Assembly: GCA_964549735.1 (NCBI GenBank)
Contig: CAZJWO010000001.1
Coordinates: forward strand, 18,348-82,347
Reading direction: 5' to 3'
Origin: an uncultured Fibrobacteraceae bacterium
Lineage (GTDB): Bacteria > Krumholzibacteriota > Krumholzibacteriia > LZORAL124-64-63
Length of the DNA: 64,000 bases
The position numbers and the translations under genes were made by a program. Shown one piece after another: positions 13,061 through 23,336 of the stretch. Position 1 is the stretch's first letter. Each line of letters begins with the position of its first letter. Under the pieces are notes generated by a model. It was not told the DNA's origin, searched no databases, and saw only the letters and a program-made list of their open reading frames with translations.

Positions 13061-13785
13061 AGCTGCACCTCCGCCACGGCGCGCGGTTCTCGGGCCGGCG
13101 CGGGCGAACGCGCGTGGGTGCGAGGGATGCACGGCAACTCATTGGGGATTGCTGCTCCTCTGGAGCCCTCGGACAGAGGATGCCGGGCGAAGAACGATAA
13201 CGCCGGCGCCGATTCGCGCAAGTGGCGTTCCTCTCGCACTGCCGAGCGCGGCGCCGGCGGCGCCAGCGCGGCGCCGGTGCAGCGCGACGGGTAGAACGTC
13301 CAGCCGATCGCAATCTTGAGGTCCGGCACGTCGTTCACGCTGACCTTGGCCTCGATGAAGAATCGATTGCCGTTGTAGAAGCCCTTCTCCAGGCCGGCGA
13401 GCAGATTGATCCCCAGGTCGGTCTGCGAGCTGTTGCTCCCCCCGCTATCCACGCTCTTGATGTTGGCCCCGACGCCTCCGCCGAGATAGGGCGACCAGAC
13501 CTCCCAGGTGGACTGGAAACGATAGGCGGCCTCGGCGTTGATCGTGAAGAGCTTCACGTGATCGCCGAAGCCGATCTCGAGGTTGGGTTGAAAGCGCACG
13601 TGACGCGCGAAGTTGCCGTAGTCGAGATGCGCGCCGAAGTAGACCTGGTCGGGATTGATAGAGGCCCCGACCCGCGGTCCCCAACCGGCGAAACCGACGT
13701 CCGTGTCCGGCGCCGCTCGCGCGACCGCCGCTCCGAGCGTCACGACAAGCGCCGCGATCGTCACCATCATCCGCTGGTTTGTCAT
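12868..13785 (-). CDS. OmpW/OmpA-like 8-strand beta-barrel outer membrane protein. The ORF reads through into repeat B, so the barrel likely ends near 13261.
   Basis: Signal peptide MTNQRMMVTIAALVVTLGAAVARA. The barrel ends …KIAIGWTF, the typical C-terminal aromatic. The next codon is TAC, one substitution away from a stop. The following 130 codons are low-complexity and overlap the small-protein frame. Confidence 0.6.
   Translation of the reverse strand: MTNQRMMVTIAALVVTLGAAVARAAPDTDVGFAGWGPRVGASINPDQVYFGAHLDYGNFARHVRFQPNLEIGFGDHVKLFTINAEAAYRFQSTWEVWSPYLGGGVGANIKSVDSGGSNSSQTDLGINLLAGLEKGFYNGNRFFIEAKVSVNDVPDLKIAIGWTFYPSRCTGAALAPPAPRSAVREERHLRESAPALSFFARHPLSEGSRGAAIPNELPCIPRTHARSPAPAREPRAVAEVQLCLPASLRATFSVAAFRPRPIASPRRVRNLPAQVRRRLVLTGAPRKALYVSRSCISCCRSRYSS
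12881..13221 (-). repeat. Repeat B, copy 1 (about 340 bp): conserved leader with stem-loop + RBS + small-protein gene
   Basis: About 80% identity to 36408..36748 across the full length. Confidence 0.8.
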
Positions 13786-13841
13786 TACGTTCACCTTCTG
13801 CTTGCCCTCACTTCCGGTGAGGATCGTCACGAAAAGATCCA

Positions 13842-14132
13842 TCAATCTTCCTGATGCCGGTTCTCACGGCGATCGAAGGCCGCGGCGAGGTCTACCCACG
13901 CGCTCTGCGCCTCGACCTCGATGGCCTCCCGCTCCGGGCCGGTCGCGGCCCCGAGCTCGTCGAACTTCGTCTGCGCGATCGCATACAACGCCTTCAATTC
14001 GTCGATGAACAGGAGATCCGCGAATCTCACCCTGGCGCCCGACCCCTGCGCCTTTTCGGACAGCTCGCGGATCCATTGGTCCCAGATCGCGAGCTGAACC
14101 ATCCTGTCATGAATGGAGGTCATTTCCGCCAC
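13842..14132 (-). CDS. Hypothetical helical protein (about 96 aa), first gene of the putative sigma-54 operon with the OmpW-like gene
   Basis: Balanced, non-Arg-rich composition (MAEMTSIHDRMVQLAIWDQWIRELSEK…). GTG at 14132 or ATG at 14123. Sits immediately upstream of the outer membrane protein gene and downstream of the predicted sigma-54 promoter. Confidence 0.45.
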   Translation of the reverse strand: MAEMTSIHDRMVQLAIWDQWIRELSEKAQGSGARVRFADLLFIDELKALYAIAQTKFDELGAATGPEREAIEVEAQSAWVDLAAAFDRRENRHQED

Positions 14133-14209
14133 TTCTTCTCCGCCGGGAGCCTGCTACGAATGGCCGAGCGAGCGGCCGCAATTTTGGTGGCGCCTCGCCG
14201 TCGGGCTAT

Positions 14210-14225
14210 ACGGTCCTTGCGCACG
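14210..14225 (-). promoter_or_regulatory. Sigma-54-like promoter AGGCACGAAACGTGCG, divergent from the XylR-like activator gene and reading into 13842..14132 and the OmpW-like gene
   Basis: GGCACG-N4-GTGC with GG-N10-GC spacing. An ATCAAAAC motif lies about 60 nt upstream. Classic divergent activator/target layout. Confidence 0.35.
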
Positions 14226-14593
14226 TTTCGTGCCTCGTCGTATCTCGTTCACTGGCAACGAATCGTGGGGTCCTGTCCGCCGTTGGGGCCATCAAAACGA
14301 TGTCGCGGTCGATGGTAACGACTATAGGAGTCGGGTCCACGTCGACCGGACGGGCGACGCCCGGAAAGCGCGCGACGGTTGTCCGCGGCCCGGCGGGCAC
14401 GGACGGTGCTTGATTACTCCTACCGCAGGCGGAGTTCCATCATTGTGACTATGGTGTGATCGGGCGCGTAAGGCTACGGAGTACCATGGGGAAGGCCGTA
14501 CACGAACTTACAGGCGATCACTCTGGGGAATGATGATGGACTGATGACCACATCGTAATGACGACGCGTCCATCAAAATGACGGAGGAGAACC

Positions 14594-16264
<1,671 letters not shown>

Positions 16265-16294
16265 GGTCGACGTCGCCAGAACGGCCGACCGCGG

Positions 16295-17056
16295 TCAGCG
16301 ATCCTGGTCCCCGGCCGTGCTATCGATCAGGTCCCGCTGCGCCTCCCAGACCTTCTTGCGCGCCGTGAAGATCTTCACGGCCTGGCTCGCGAGGTCCTTC
16401 TGCTTGTGGGCCGCTTCGCGCATGGCGTCCAGCGTCCGACCCTCCGTCTCGCGGATCTGTTTGTCGAGATGCCAGGCCGCCTCGAATCGCTCCCGGGACG
16501 CGATGGCGCCCTCGACGCCGGTGCGCCTGGCGCGCAGGCGGGCAAGCTCGAGCTCCAGTCCGTACGCCTTGATCTCGGCGTCGTGATACTCGATCTCGGC
16601 CTTGGCGAAACGCAGGTCGCTCTGCCGCAGCTGCTCACGCCGCCGCAAGAGTTGCTTCTCCAACTCGGCGTGAGCGCGCTCGCTCTCGAATTGTTTCGCC
16701 AGGGTGTCGTCGCGTTCGGTCTTCGCCTGGCTGATCCGCGCCTTGAGGGCCGTGATTTCCGTATCCTTGATCTTGATGGTCATGGACGCGCGCGACTGCA
16801 GGACGCGGGCCACGTTCTCGCGTCCCGCCGCGGCCATCCGCTTCCTGGTCGCCACGTCCAGATCGAACTCGACGGCCGCGACGTCGCGCAACTCCATGAC
16901 CACGAGCATGGAGTCGGTCCTGGCGTCCGACAGATAGGGAGCGAATGCCGCGCGAGGCAGCGTCTGGGCCGGAGCGACCGCCGGCACGACGGCGCACGTC
17001 GCCAAACACAGCGCGACGGCGGACAAACACGAAACGGTGGTCCTCGATGACATCAT
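16295..17056 (-). CDS. Secreted/periplasmic coiled-coil protein (Skp/OmpH-like?), hypothetical
   Basis: RBS ggaggtg. Signal peptide MMSSRTTVSCLSAVALCLATCAVVPAVAPAQ. Long heptad-rich region. The upstream 100 codons of the track ORF are junk. Confidence 0.6.
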   Translation of the reverse strand: MMSSRTTVSCLSAVALCLATCAVVPAVAPAQTLPRAAFAPYLSDARTDSMLVVMELRDVAAVEFDLDVATRKRMAAAGRENVARVLQSRASMTIKIKDTEITALKARISQAKTERDDTLAKQFESERAHAELEKQLLRRREQLRQSDLRFAKAEIEYHDAEIKAYGLELELARLRARRTGVEGAIASRERFEAAWHLDKQIRETEGRTLDAMREAAHKQKDLASQAVKIFTARKKVWEAQRDLIDSTAGDQDR

Positions 17057-17351
17057 CCCACCTCCAGTTAGGGAACGGTTGACGGACAGAGGCGGAGCGG
17101 CCGCCGCCGGGCGGATCCGCACAGGATGCGCCTCCATCGCCACGGAACGACATCGCAACGCTCGTGCCGGTCCGAACGTGTCGTAACATCCATATTGACA
17201 ACAACTTGAATGCTGGAGCGCCGACGTCGCACCATCAAAACGATCAGGTGCGCGCCAATTCGATGGGCAAGACGTCGTGCCGTTCGAGAAACCCTGGCGA
17301 CCTGCTCCGTTATGTTGCGCTTTCGCAACAACATACAACCACATGCCGGCA

Positions 17352-17367
17352 GGGCACACCGATTGCG
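17352..17367 (+). promoter_or_regulatory. Sigma-54-like promoter GGGCACACCGATTGCG, upstream of the membrane protein gene 17463
   Basis: GGCAC-N5-TTGC. An ATCAAAAC motif lies 120 nt upstream, and a 23-bp palindrome at 17311..17334. Confidence 0.4.
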
Positions 17368-17462
17368 TGGTTCTCAATCACGTCCCCCGTGTTTGGCGGG
17401 GGCACCCCGGGAGGCAGGTTCCGGAGACACAGCGGTTTCGGTCCAGAGAAAGTGAGCAGGTC

Positions 17463-17903
17463 ATGACTAGTTGCGAGAGATATTCCGGGGAATTCCAGAA
17501 GTTCACGCTGGTCGCCCTCTCGGTGATCGTCCTCGGCGCGACGTTTTTCTTGTTCGTCAACAACGCGTCCGGAGCCGATCTGACCGCTGCGCCAGCGCAG
17601 CACGTGGTCGGCGCGAACGAGATCCAGGCCAGGATCGATCAGCAGGTCGACCAGGCCGACACCGATCGCCAGGCGATCCAGAACCTGCTTCAGCGCCCGG
17701 ACGTACGCCGCGTCGCCGGATCGGTCGGGTTGGATCTCGACCAGGCCAGCGCCGCCGCGGCGACCCTTTCGGGGCCGGCACTCGAGTCTCTGGCCGCCCA
17801 GGCGCGTGCGCTCGACACCGATCTCGTGGGCGGTGATGGCAAGATCGTCCTGACGACGACGGCGGTCATCATCATCCTGCTGATCCTCATCCTGTTGACC
17901 TGA
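17463..17903 (+). CDS. Hypothetical bitopic membrane protein (about 146 aa)
   Basis: N-terminal TM (FTLVALSVIVLGATFFLFV) and C-terminal TM (TAVIIILLILILLT). Preceded by a sigma-54-like promoter at 17352..17367. Confidence 0.5.
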   Translation: MTSCERYSGEFQKFTLVALSVIVLGATFFLFVNNASGADLTAAPAQHVVGANEIQARIDQQVDQADTDRQAIQNLLQRPDVRRVAGSVGLDLDQASAAAATLSGPALESLAAQARALDTDLVGGDGKIVLTTTAVIIILLILILLT

Positions 17904-17915
17904 TCCCGGTCGTAC

Positions 17916-19991
17916 ATGGCACCGGTATCGTTCGTCAGGATCTGGCTAGCGGTGGCCGTGCTGGGATGGAGCGATCTCGCGACGATCGGACCAGCCACGG
18001 CCGCCGGCGGCCGTCACGAAACACAACCGCTGCTCGACGTTCCCTTCGTCCCGCAGAGCGGGCAGCTCTGCGGCGGCGCCGCGCTCGCTATGGTCCTGCG
18101 CTATTGGGGCGAAACGGGCGTCATGGCCGAGGATTTCGCGCAACTCGTGAAGGCGGGCGGCGTCGGCATCCGCACCAGCGCCCTCGTCAGCGCCGTCGAG
18201 GACCGTGGGTGGACCGCGTTGCGCTTGCCCGGCACACCGGCGGCCGTCGCGTCCCACCTGGCCCGCGGCCGGCCGATCATCGCGCTCACGCAGGTCGGCG
18301 CCGACAGGTACCACTACGTCGTGCTCGTGGCCTGGACCGGCAGTTCGGTGATCCTCCACGATCCCCAGGTGGGACCGTTCCGGACGCTCGGTGGAGAAAC
18401 GTTCGCGGCCGCCTGGTCCGGGAGCGATCGCTGGGCGCTCCTGGTGCTACCACCACCGCCGACCGCTCGCCAGGACCCGCTCCGGTCGGAGACCACCGTT
18501 CCTGCGCTGCCGGCCCGCGGCGACGCCTGCGGCGACCTGGTACAGGAGGGGATCCGCCTCGCCGCGCTGGGTGACACCGCCGCGGCGGAGCGGGTGTTGT
18601 CGGCCGCCCAGGCGTCGTTTCCCTCTGCCGGCGCTCCTCTGAGGGAGCGGGCAGGGCTCCGGTTCCGCGCCGAGGACTGGCCGGGCGCGTCCAGGCTGGC
18701 GAAACGCGCGCTGGAACTCGACCCGGCCGATGTCCACGCCTGTCGGCTGCTCGCCGGCAGCCGCTTTCTCGCCGGCGACGTGCCGGGCGCGCTCGCCGCC
18801 TGGAATCACCTGTCCGAGCCCCGGAACGACCTCGTGCGCATCGATGGCCTGGCCCGCACCCGTTACGCCGCCGTGAACGATCAGCTCGGTCTGCCCACCG
18901 GTCGGCTGCTGACGCCGCAAGCCTATCGTCGCGCCGGCCGGCGCCTCGCCGAGTTGCCGGCCGGGACCCGGTTCCGGCTGGACCTCAGACCCTTGCCCGG
19001 TGGCGCGGCCCAGGTGCAGGTGGCCGTGCTGGAGCGCCCGCTCATCGGTACGAGTCCCTGGGACCTCGCCCGCGCGGGCACCAGGGCGTTCGTCGAGCGC
19101 GAGGTCACCATCGATGTGGCAAGCCCCACCGGGAACGCGGAACTGTGGACCGCCACCTGGCGGTGGTGGGCCGCGCGACCGTACGCCTCGCTGGCGCTGG
19201 CCATGCCGGCAGCCGGCGGTCGACCCGGCCTCTGGCGCGTGGAGGGCTCATGGGAGCGACAGACCTATGCCGCCCGGAACGGCTCCCCGGCAGGCGGCGA
19301 CCTCACCGCCGACCCGTACCAGGAGGAACGACGCCGCACCGGCGTCTCGTTCGCGGACTGGTTGGGGCCGGATCTTCGCCTCGAGATAGGGGTCGCGCTC
19401 GACAAATGGGACGCGCACAGAGCCCATCTCGCGCTGGAAGGAACCGTCGAGGCCCGCTGGGCGGGCGACCGTCTGGCGGCAACCTTGGCGGTCGCCCGGT
19501 GGCTGAGCTTCACCAGGGACACTCCCTTCGCCACCGCCAGCGTATGGCTGCGATGGCGCTCTGGCGGCACGCCGGGAAGCGAGGCATGGCACGCCAGCCT
19601 GGGCTTGGCCAACGCGACGGCCCAGGCGCCCCTGGGCCTCTGGTCCGGAGCGGGGACCGGCCAAGGCCGCGCCCAGCTGCTGCGGGCCCACCCGCTGCTC
19701 GACGAGGGCGTCATCGCAGGTCGGGTCTTCGGCCGCACGCTCGCGCACGCGACGCTGGAGCGGCAGGCCTGGCCCTGGCGGCTTGGTCCGCTGGATCTCG
19801 GTTGGGCCATCTTCGTCGACTGCGCCAGGGCCTGGGATAGCGGACCATTCGGCCAGCCACCCTGGCAGGTGGACGGCGGCGGCGGTCTACGGCTCCGGAG
19901 TCCGGGCCTGACCGGCCGGCTCCGGATCGACGTGGCCCGGGGGTTCACCGACGGGAACCTGGCCGGATCGATCGCCTGGCAGATCCCCTGA
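17916..19991 (+). CDS. Secreted peptidase C39-like (Peptidase_C39_2) domain protein with TPR repeats and a C-terminal beta-rich domain
   Basis: Signal peptide. Papain-like motif PFVPQSGQLCGGAALAMVLRYWG. TPR-like central region. Gly/aromatic-rich C-terminus. Confidence 0.7.
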   Translation: MAPVSFVRIWLAVAVLGWSDLATIGPATAAGGRHETQPLLDVPFVPQSGQLCGGAALAMVLRYWGETGVMAEDFAQLVKAGGVGIRTSALVSAVEDRGWTALRLPGTPAAVASHLARGRPIIALTQVGADRYHYVVLVAWTGSSVILHDPQVGPFRTLGGETFAAAWSGSDRWALLVLPPPPTARQDPLRSETTVPALPARGDACGDLVQEGIRLAALGDTAAAERVLSAAQASFPSAGAPLRERAGLRFRAEDWPGASRLAKRALELDPADVHACRLLAGSRFLAGDVPGALAAWNHLSEPRNDLVRIDGLARTRYAAVNDQLGLPTGRLLTPQAYRRAGRRLAELPAGTRFRLDLRPLPGGAAQVQVAVLERPLIGTSPWDLARAGTRAFVEREVTIDVASPTGNAELWTATWRWWAARPYASLALAMPAAGGRPGLWRVEGSWERQTYAARNGSPAGGDLTADPYQEERRRTGVSFADWLGPDLRLEIGVALDKWDAHRAHLALEGTVEARWAGDRLAATLAVARWLSFTRDTPFATASVWLRWRSGGTPGSEAWHASLGLANATAQAPLGLWSGAGTGQGRAQLLRAHPLLDEGVIAGRVFGRTLAHATLERQAWPWRLGPLDLGWAIFVDCARAWDSGPFGQPPWQVDGGGGLRLRSPGLTGRLRIDVARGFTDGNLAGSIAWQIP

Positions 19992-20111
19992 GGCGAAATT
20001 GGCAGGACGTGAAGAACCGCCTTACTCCACTTTGATCGGGGCTGCGTCATTCTGATAGCGAAGTCCGCCGGACACGAAAATCAATCTATTGCGAGGCAAT
20101 CATTTGACGTC

Positions 20112-20127
20112 TGGCACGGCCGTGGCG
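20112..20127 (+). promoter_or_regulatory. Sigma-54 (-24/-12) promoter TGGCACGGCCGTGGCG, upstream of the lmo0937-like small membrane protein genes
   Basis: Exact TGGCACG, 10 nt between GG and GC, about 100 nt before the start codon. Confidence 0.5.
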
Positions 20128-20233
20128 ATGGCCGCCATGAGACCTGTGTCGTCACCAGATGTCGATCGCCTGTGCGGGCTGTCATCAAGAGCCCCCGCGA
20201 TCGCGGCGACATCGCAAAGCGAGGAGTCATGTC

Positions 20234-20383
20234 ATGCTGTGGACCATCGCGGTCGTCCTGATCATTCTCTGGCTGCTGGGTCTGCTCACGTCCTACACCA
20301 TGGGCGGCTTCGTGCACGTCCTGCTCGTCATCGCCGTGGTCGTCGTACTGCTGCGCATCATCTCGGGGCGCAGGGCCCTGTAG
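20234..20383 (+). CDS. lmo0937-family small membrane protein (49 aa)
   Basis: RBS gaggag. Product is MLWTIAVVLIILWLLGLLTSYTMGGFVHVLLVIAVVVVLLRIISGRRAL. Confidence 0.6.
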   Translation: MLWTIAVVLIILWLLGLLTSYTMGGFVHVLLVIAVVVVLLRIISGRRAL

Positions 20384-20408
20384 TTCGTCCTCGAACGGAA
20401 ATGGACAA

Positions 20409-20636
20409 GTGATCGTGAAGACTATAGGTGTCGTGCTCTTGGTCCTGGGCATCCTGGCGCTGGTCTACGGCGGAATCAGCTACAACCGGGACCGTACGAT
20501 CCTGGAGGTTGGTTCGCTGGAGATCACCGCCACCGAGCGCAAGAACGTTCCGATTCCGGCAATCGTCGGCTTCGTGGCGCTGATCGGCGGCGTCGCGCTC
20601 CTGTTCGCCGGCAGTCGCCGTTCCGGAGGCGCGTGA
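20409..20636 (+). CDS. Small two-TM membrane protein (75 aa), hypothetical
   Basis: GTG start. Hydrophobic N- and C-terminal helices. Tandem with the lmo0937-like gene. Confidence 0.5.
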   Translation: MIVKTIGVVLLVLGILALVYGGISYNRDRTILEVGSLEITATERKNVPIPAIVGFVALIGGVALLFAGSRRSGGA

Positions 20637-20721
20637 TCTCGATCAACAAGGCCGGTCGCCGAACCACGTGTGGCATCGGATCAGATGTGGCAACCGAGGG
20701 GATCTGAAGGGAGAGACAGCC

Positions 20722-21126
20722 ATGAGCGAGATTGGAACCGACCTGGGCCGCCGCTCCGATCCGCGTCTGCGCCGCTATCTCCTTGCGGTCGTCGGGCGCG
20801 AAAAGGTGTCGAGAGAGCAGGAATACGACCTGGTGTTGCGCGTCCAGAACGGCGATCGGGTGGCGCTCGACCAATTGATCGACGCCAACCTGTCCTTCGT
20901 GGTCAAGGTCGCCAGGAGATTTCGCCACCGCGGCCTCAGCGACCGGGATCTGTTCGCGGAAGGCATGATCGGCCTGATCATGGCCGCCAGGCGCATCGTC
21001 GTGTCGCCGGATTCGCGCTTCATCGCCGTGGCGGTGTGGTGGGTCCAGCGCGCCATCCAGACGGCGATCGCCGAAGAGGTCAGCGCGACAGACTCCACGC
21101 GGCCGTTCGGTGGCGACTGGGGATGA
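20722..21126 (+). CDS. Sigma-70 family protein containing only regions 1.2 to 2.4 (134 aa), truncated or stand-alone
   Basis: RBS aagggagag. Region 2.2 motif ANLSFVVKVARRFRHRGLSDRDLFAEGMIGLIMAAR. Region 2.4 motif AVAVWWVQRAIQTAIAEE. No region 3 or 4 in any downstream frame. Confidence 0.6.
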   Translation: MSEIGTDLGRRSDPRLRRYLLAVVGREKVSREQEYDLVLRVQNGDRVALDQLIDANLSFVVKVARRFRHRGLSDRDLFAEGMIGLIMAARRIVVSPDSRFIAVAVWWVQRAIQTAIAEEVSATDSTRPFGGDWG

Positions 21127-21314
21127 TCCTCTCCTTCGCGCGGCATGCCCTATCGATCGCCGCCGGCCGGCGAGCACCGCCCGAGACTGGAGCGGCACCG
21201 ATCGACTGGAATCCCCGCCCGGACCCTTGTTGGGCTCCGTGGCGGCTCGAGGCAGGCTGCACAATGCCGCGCAGCCTGGACCGATCCAGGCACAACACTG
21301 CAGGAGGAAATCTC

Positions 21315-22022
21315 ATGATCAAGCAGGATGGCACCGCGCTCCGGGTCGTGGCGATCGGTCTGACGATCGGCGTCCTGGCGCTGGTGGGTGCGGGCGATGC
21401 GGTCGCCGAGGGGCGGTTCGGATTTTTCGGCGGTCTGAACATCGCCAACATGGGCGGTGACATGGACGCCATCGGCGACGATTTGGCGGACGAAATCGGC
21501 GGGTCGTGGTCGGCGGCGAAGGGCAGCAAGACCGGGATCGGATTCGGCGGGTACTACTGCCTGTCCCTCTCTCCCACGCTCGGCCTGCAGATCGAGGGCC
21601 AGTACATGAACCGCGGCGTCGCATTCGATCTCAGCGGCCCGGGCGTAAGCGGCGAGGCCAAGTTGAAGCTGAACTACTTCGAGATACCGGTCCTGCTGCG
21701 GCTTTCCCCTGGCCCCGGCATGGATGGTCGGCTGGTGATCCTCGCCGGGCCGGTGTTCGGATTCAACTCCACCGCGGATTTCGAAGTCGAGTCCGGGGGC
21801 CTCAGCGGCACGACCGACATGAGCGACGACATCAAGTCGACCACCTTCGGCGCCCTGCTCGGCATCGGCTTCAACGTGGCGATGGGCGAGACGTCGGCAT
21901 TCCTGGTGCAGGCCCGCTACTATCTGGGCCTGGCGAACGCCCTTGACGATCCGGATCTGTCCAGCAAGTCCGGCGACATCGGCTTCTTCGCGGGATTGGA
22001 GTTCGGCCTCGGGGGGCGGTGA
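21315..22022 (+). CDS. Beta-barrel outer membrane protein (OMP_b-brl / porin family)
   Basis: RBS aggagga. Signal peptide MIKQDGTALRVVAIGLTIGVLALVGAGDAVA. Gly/aromatic-rich strands. Ends …GLEFGLGGR. Confidence 0.7.
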   Translation: MIKQDGTALRVVAIGLTIGVLALVGAGDAVAEGRFGFFGGLNIANMGGDMDAIGDDLADEIGGSWSAAKGSKTGIGFGGYYCLSLSPTLGLQIEGQYMNRGVAFDLSGPGVSGEAKLKLNYFEIPVLLRLSPGPGMDGRLVILAGPVFGFNSTADFEVESGGLSGTTDMSDDIKSTTFGALLGIGFNVAMGETSAFLVQARYYLGLANALDDPDLSSKSGDIGFFAGLEFGLGGR

Positions 22023-22041
22023 GGCGGTCGCCGCAGGAAAC

Positions 22042-22069
22042 AGGGCCGGTGCCGGCAGGCGCCGGCCCT
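22042..22069. terminator. Bidirectional hairpin between the convergent outer membrane protein (+) and sugar transferase (-) genes
   Basis: AGGGCCGGtGCC-ggcag-GGCGCCGGCCCT, 12-bp stem with one mismatch. Confidence 0.5.
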
Positions 22070-22155
22070 GACACTACCACCCGGTCGCGAGAATACAAAC
22101 GCCCTGTCGGCTACCCCCGACGACGGCTAGGCGCGCGTCACGAGACCCCGGTTCA

Positions 22156-22941
22156 CTAGGCGCCCTTGCCCGCGACCACGACCCGGAAGGTCCGGGCCAG
22201 GATGCGCAGGTCGTTCAGCAGACAGAGACTGTCGATGTATTGCCGGTCGAGGGCGACCTTGCGACGGACCGAATCAACGTCGGTGTCGTAGCCGTTGAGC
22301 ACCTGGGCGAGGCCGGTGATGCCGGGCAGGACGGCGAGGCGTTCGTGGTAGCTGGGTACGACGTCCTCCAGCTCGCGGATGAAGCAGAGGCGCTCCGGGC
22401 GCGGCCCGATGACACTCATCTCGCCGCGCAGGACGTTGACGAACTGGGGAAACTCATCGAGCCGGCACTTGCGCAGGACGCGGCCGACGCGGGTCACGCG
22501 GGCATCTTGTGGCGTCGCCCACTGCGGCCCGCCGGCTTCGGCGTCCTGGGTCATGGTGCGCAGCTTGAAGATCCGGAACGGGCGTCCGGGATTGATGACC
22601 CGTCGTCGATCACTGACGAGCGCGCGGGGCACGCGCCGCCGCCGACGCTCGAGACCGATCCGGGACTGCAGGTAGAAGACCGGCCCTGGGGAATCGAGCT
22701 TGATGGCCAGCGCGACCAGGATCATGACGGGCAGGAACGCGGCGAGCGCCACCACCGACAGGACCACGTCGAGCCCGCGCTTGGGTCCGCCCGCATAGAC
22801 GGCGCCGCCCCCGATCGCGCGTCGATCTTGCGCGTCTCCGCGAGGCCGGAACGCGGGATACTCGGTCCAGGTCGCCGCGGTCCGCGACGTCTGCCGATCA
22901 GCCTGCTGCGCGTCGTCGATAGCTATCCAGTCAGACATCAT
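22156..22941 (-). CDS. Undecaprenyl-phosphate sugar phosphotransferase (bacterial sugar transferase family, WbaP/PglC-like priming enzyme)
   Basis: One TM followed by the catalytic domain: PVFYLQSRIG…PFRIFKLRTM…DEFPQFVNVLRGEMSVIGPRP. The start is the MMSD codon, which has a gaggt RBS. Confidence 0.8.
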   Translation of the reverse strand: MMSDWIAIDDAQQADRQTSRTAATWTEYPAFRPRGDAQDRRAIGGGAVYAGGPKRGLDVVLSVVALAAFLPVMILVALAIKLDSPGPVFYLQSRIGLERRRRRVPRALVSDRRRVINPGRPFRIFKLRTMTQDAEAGGPQWATPQDARVTRVGRVLRKCRLDEFPQFVNVLRGEMSVIGPRPERLCFIRELEDVVPSYHERLAVLPGITGLAQVLNGYDTDVDSVRRKVALDRQYIDSLCLLNDLRILARTFRVVVAGKGA

Positions 22942-23220
22942 CGGGACCTCGCGCGCCGCGTGCCGCTCACCCCCAGCACGATCCTGAACGTCTTCATGGC
23001 ATCGACTCCTCTGGTACGGTGAGCCGCCGCGGGCCGTGGCCGCACGTCGTACATGTTCTCGCGATACAAATGCCACAAATATCCCTCGCATGATCCGTGC
23101 CCTCGAGAGCGACGGCGCGAGGAATTCTCTATCGTTCACTTCGATGGACATGGGGTCCGTATTGATAGCCGCACCAACCCCGCTGGGCGACTAAGCCATT
23201 ATTTTCAATCATGTTATGGG

Positions 23221-23236
23221 TGGCACGCGAATCGCT
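23221..23236 (+). promoter_or_regulatory. Sigma-54 promoter TGGCACGCGAATCGCT, upstream of the Ig/ice-binding-like lipoprotein gene
   Basis: Exact TGGCACG plus a TNGC -12 element, 100 nt before ATG 23337. Confidence 0.55.
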
Positions 23237-23336
23237 CTGCGAGCTTGTTGCCTCGGCGGCGGTCACCTGCCCATTCGGGGCCGACGCTCTTGTGGCAGGT
23301 CCTTACACCGCACACCTGGTTGCAAAGGGGTTCATC

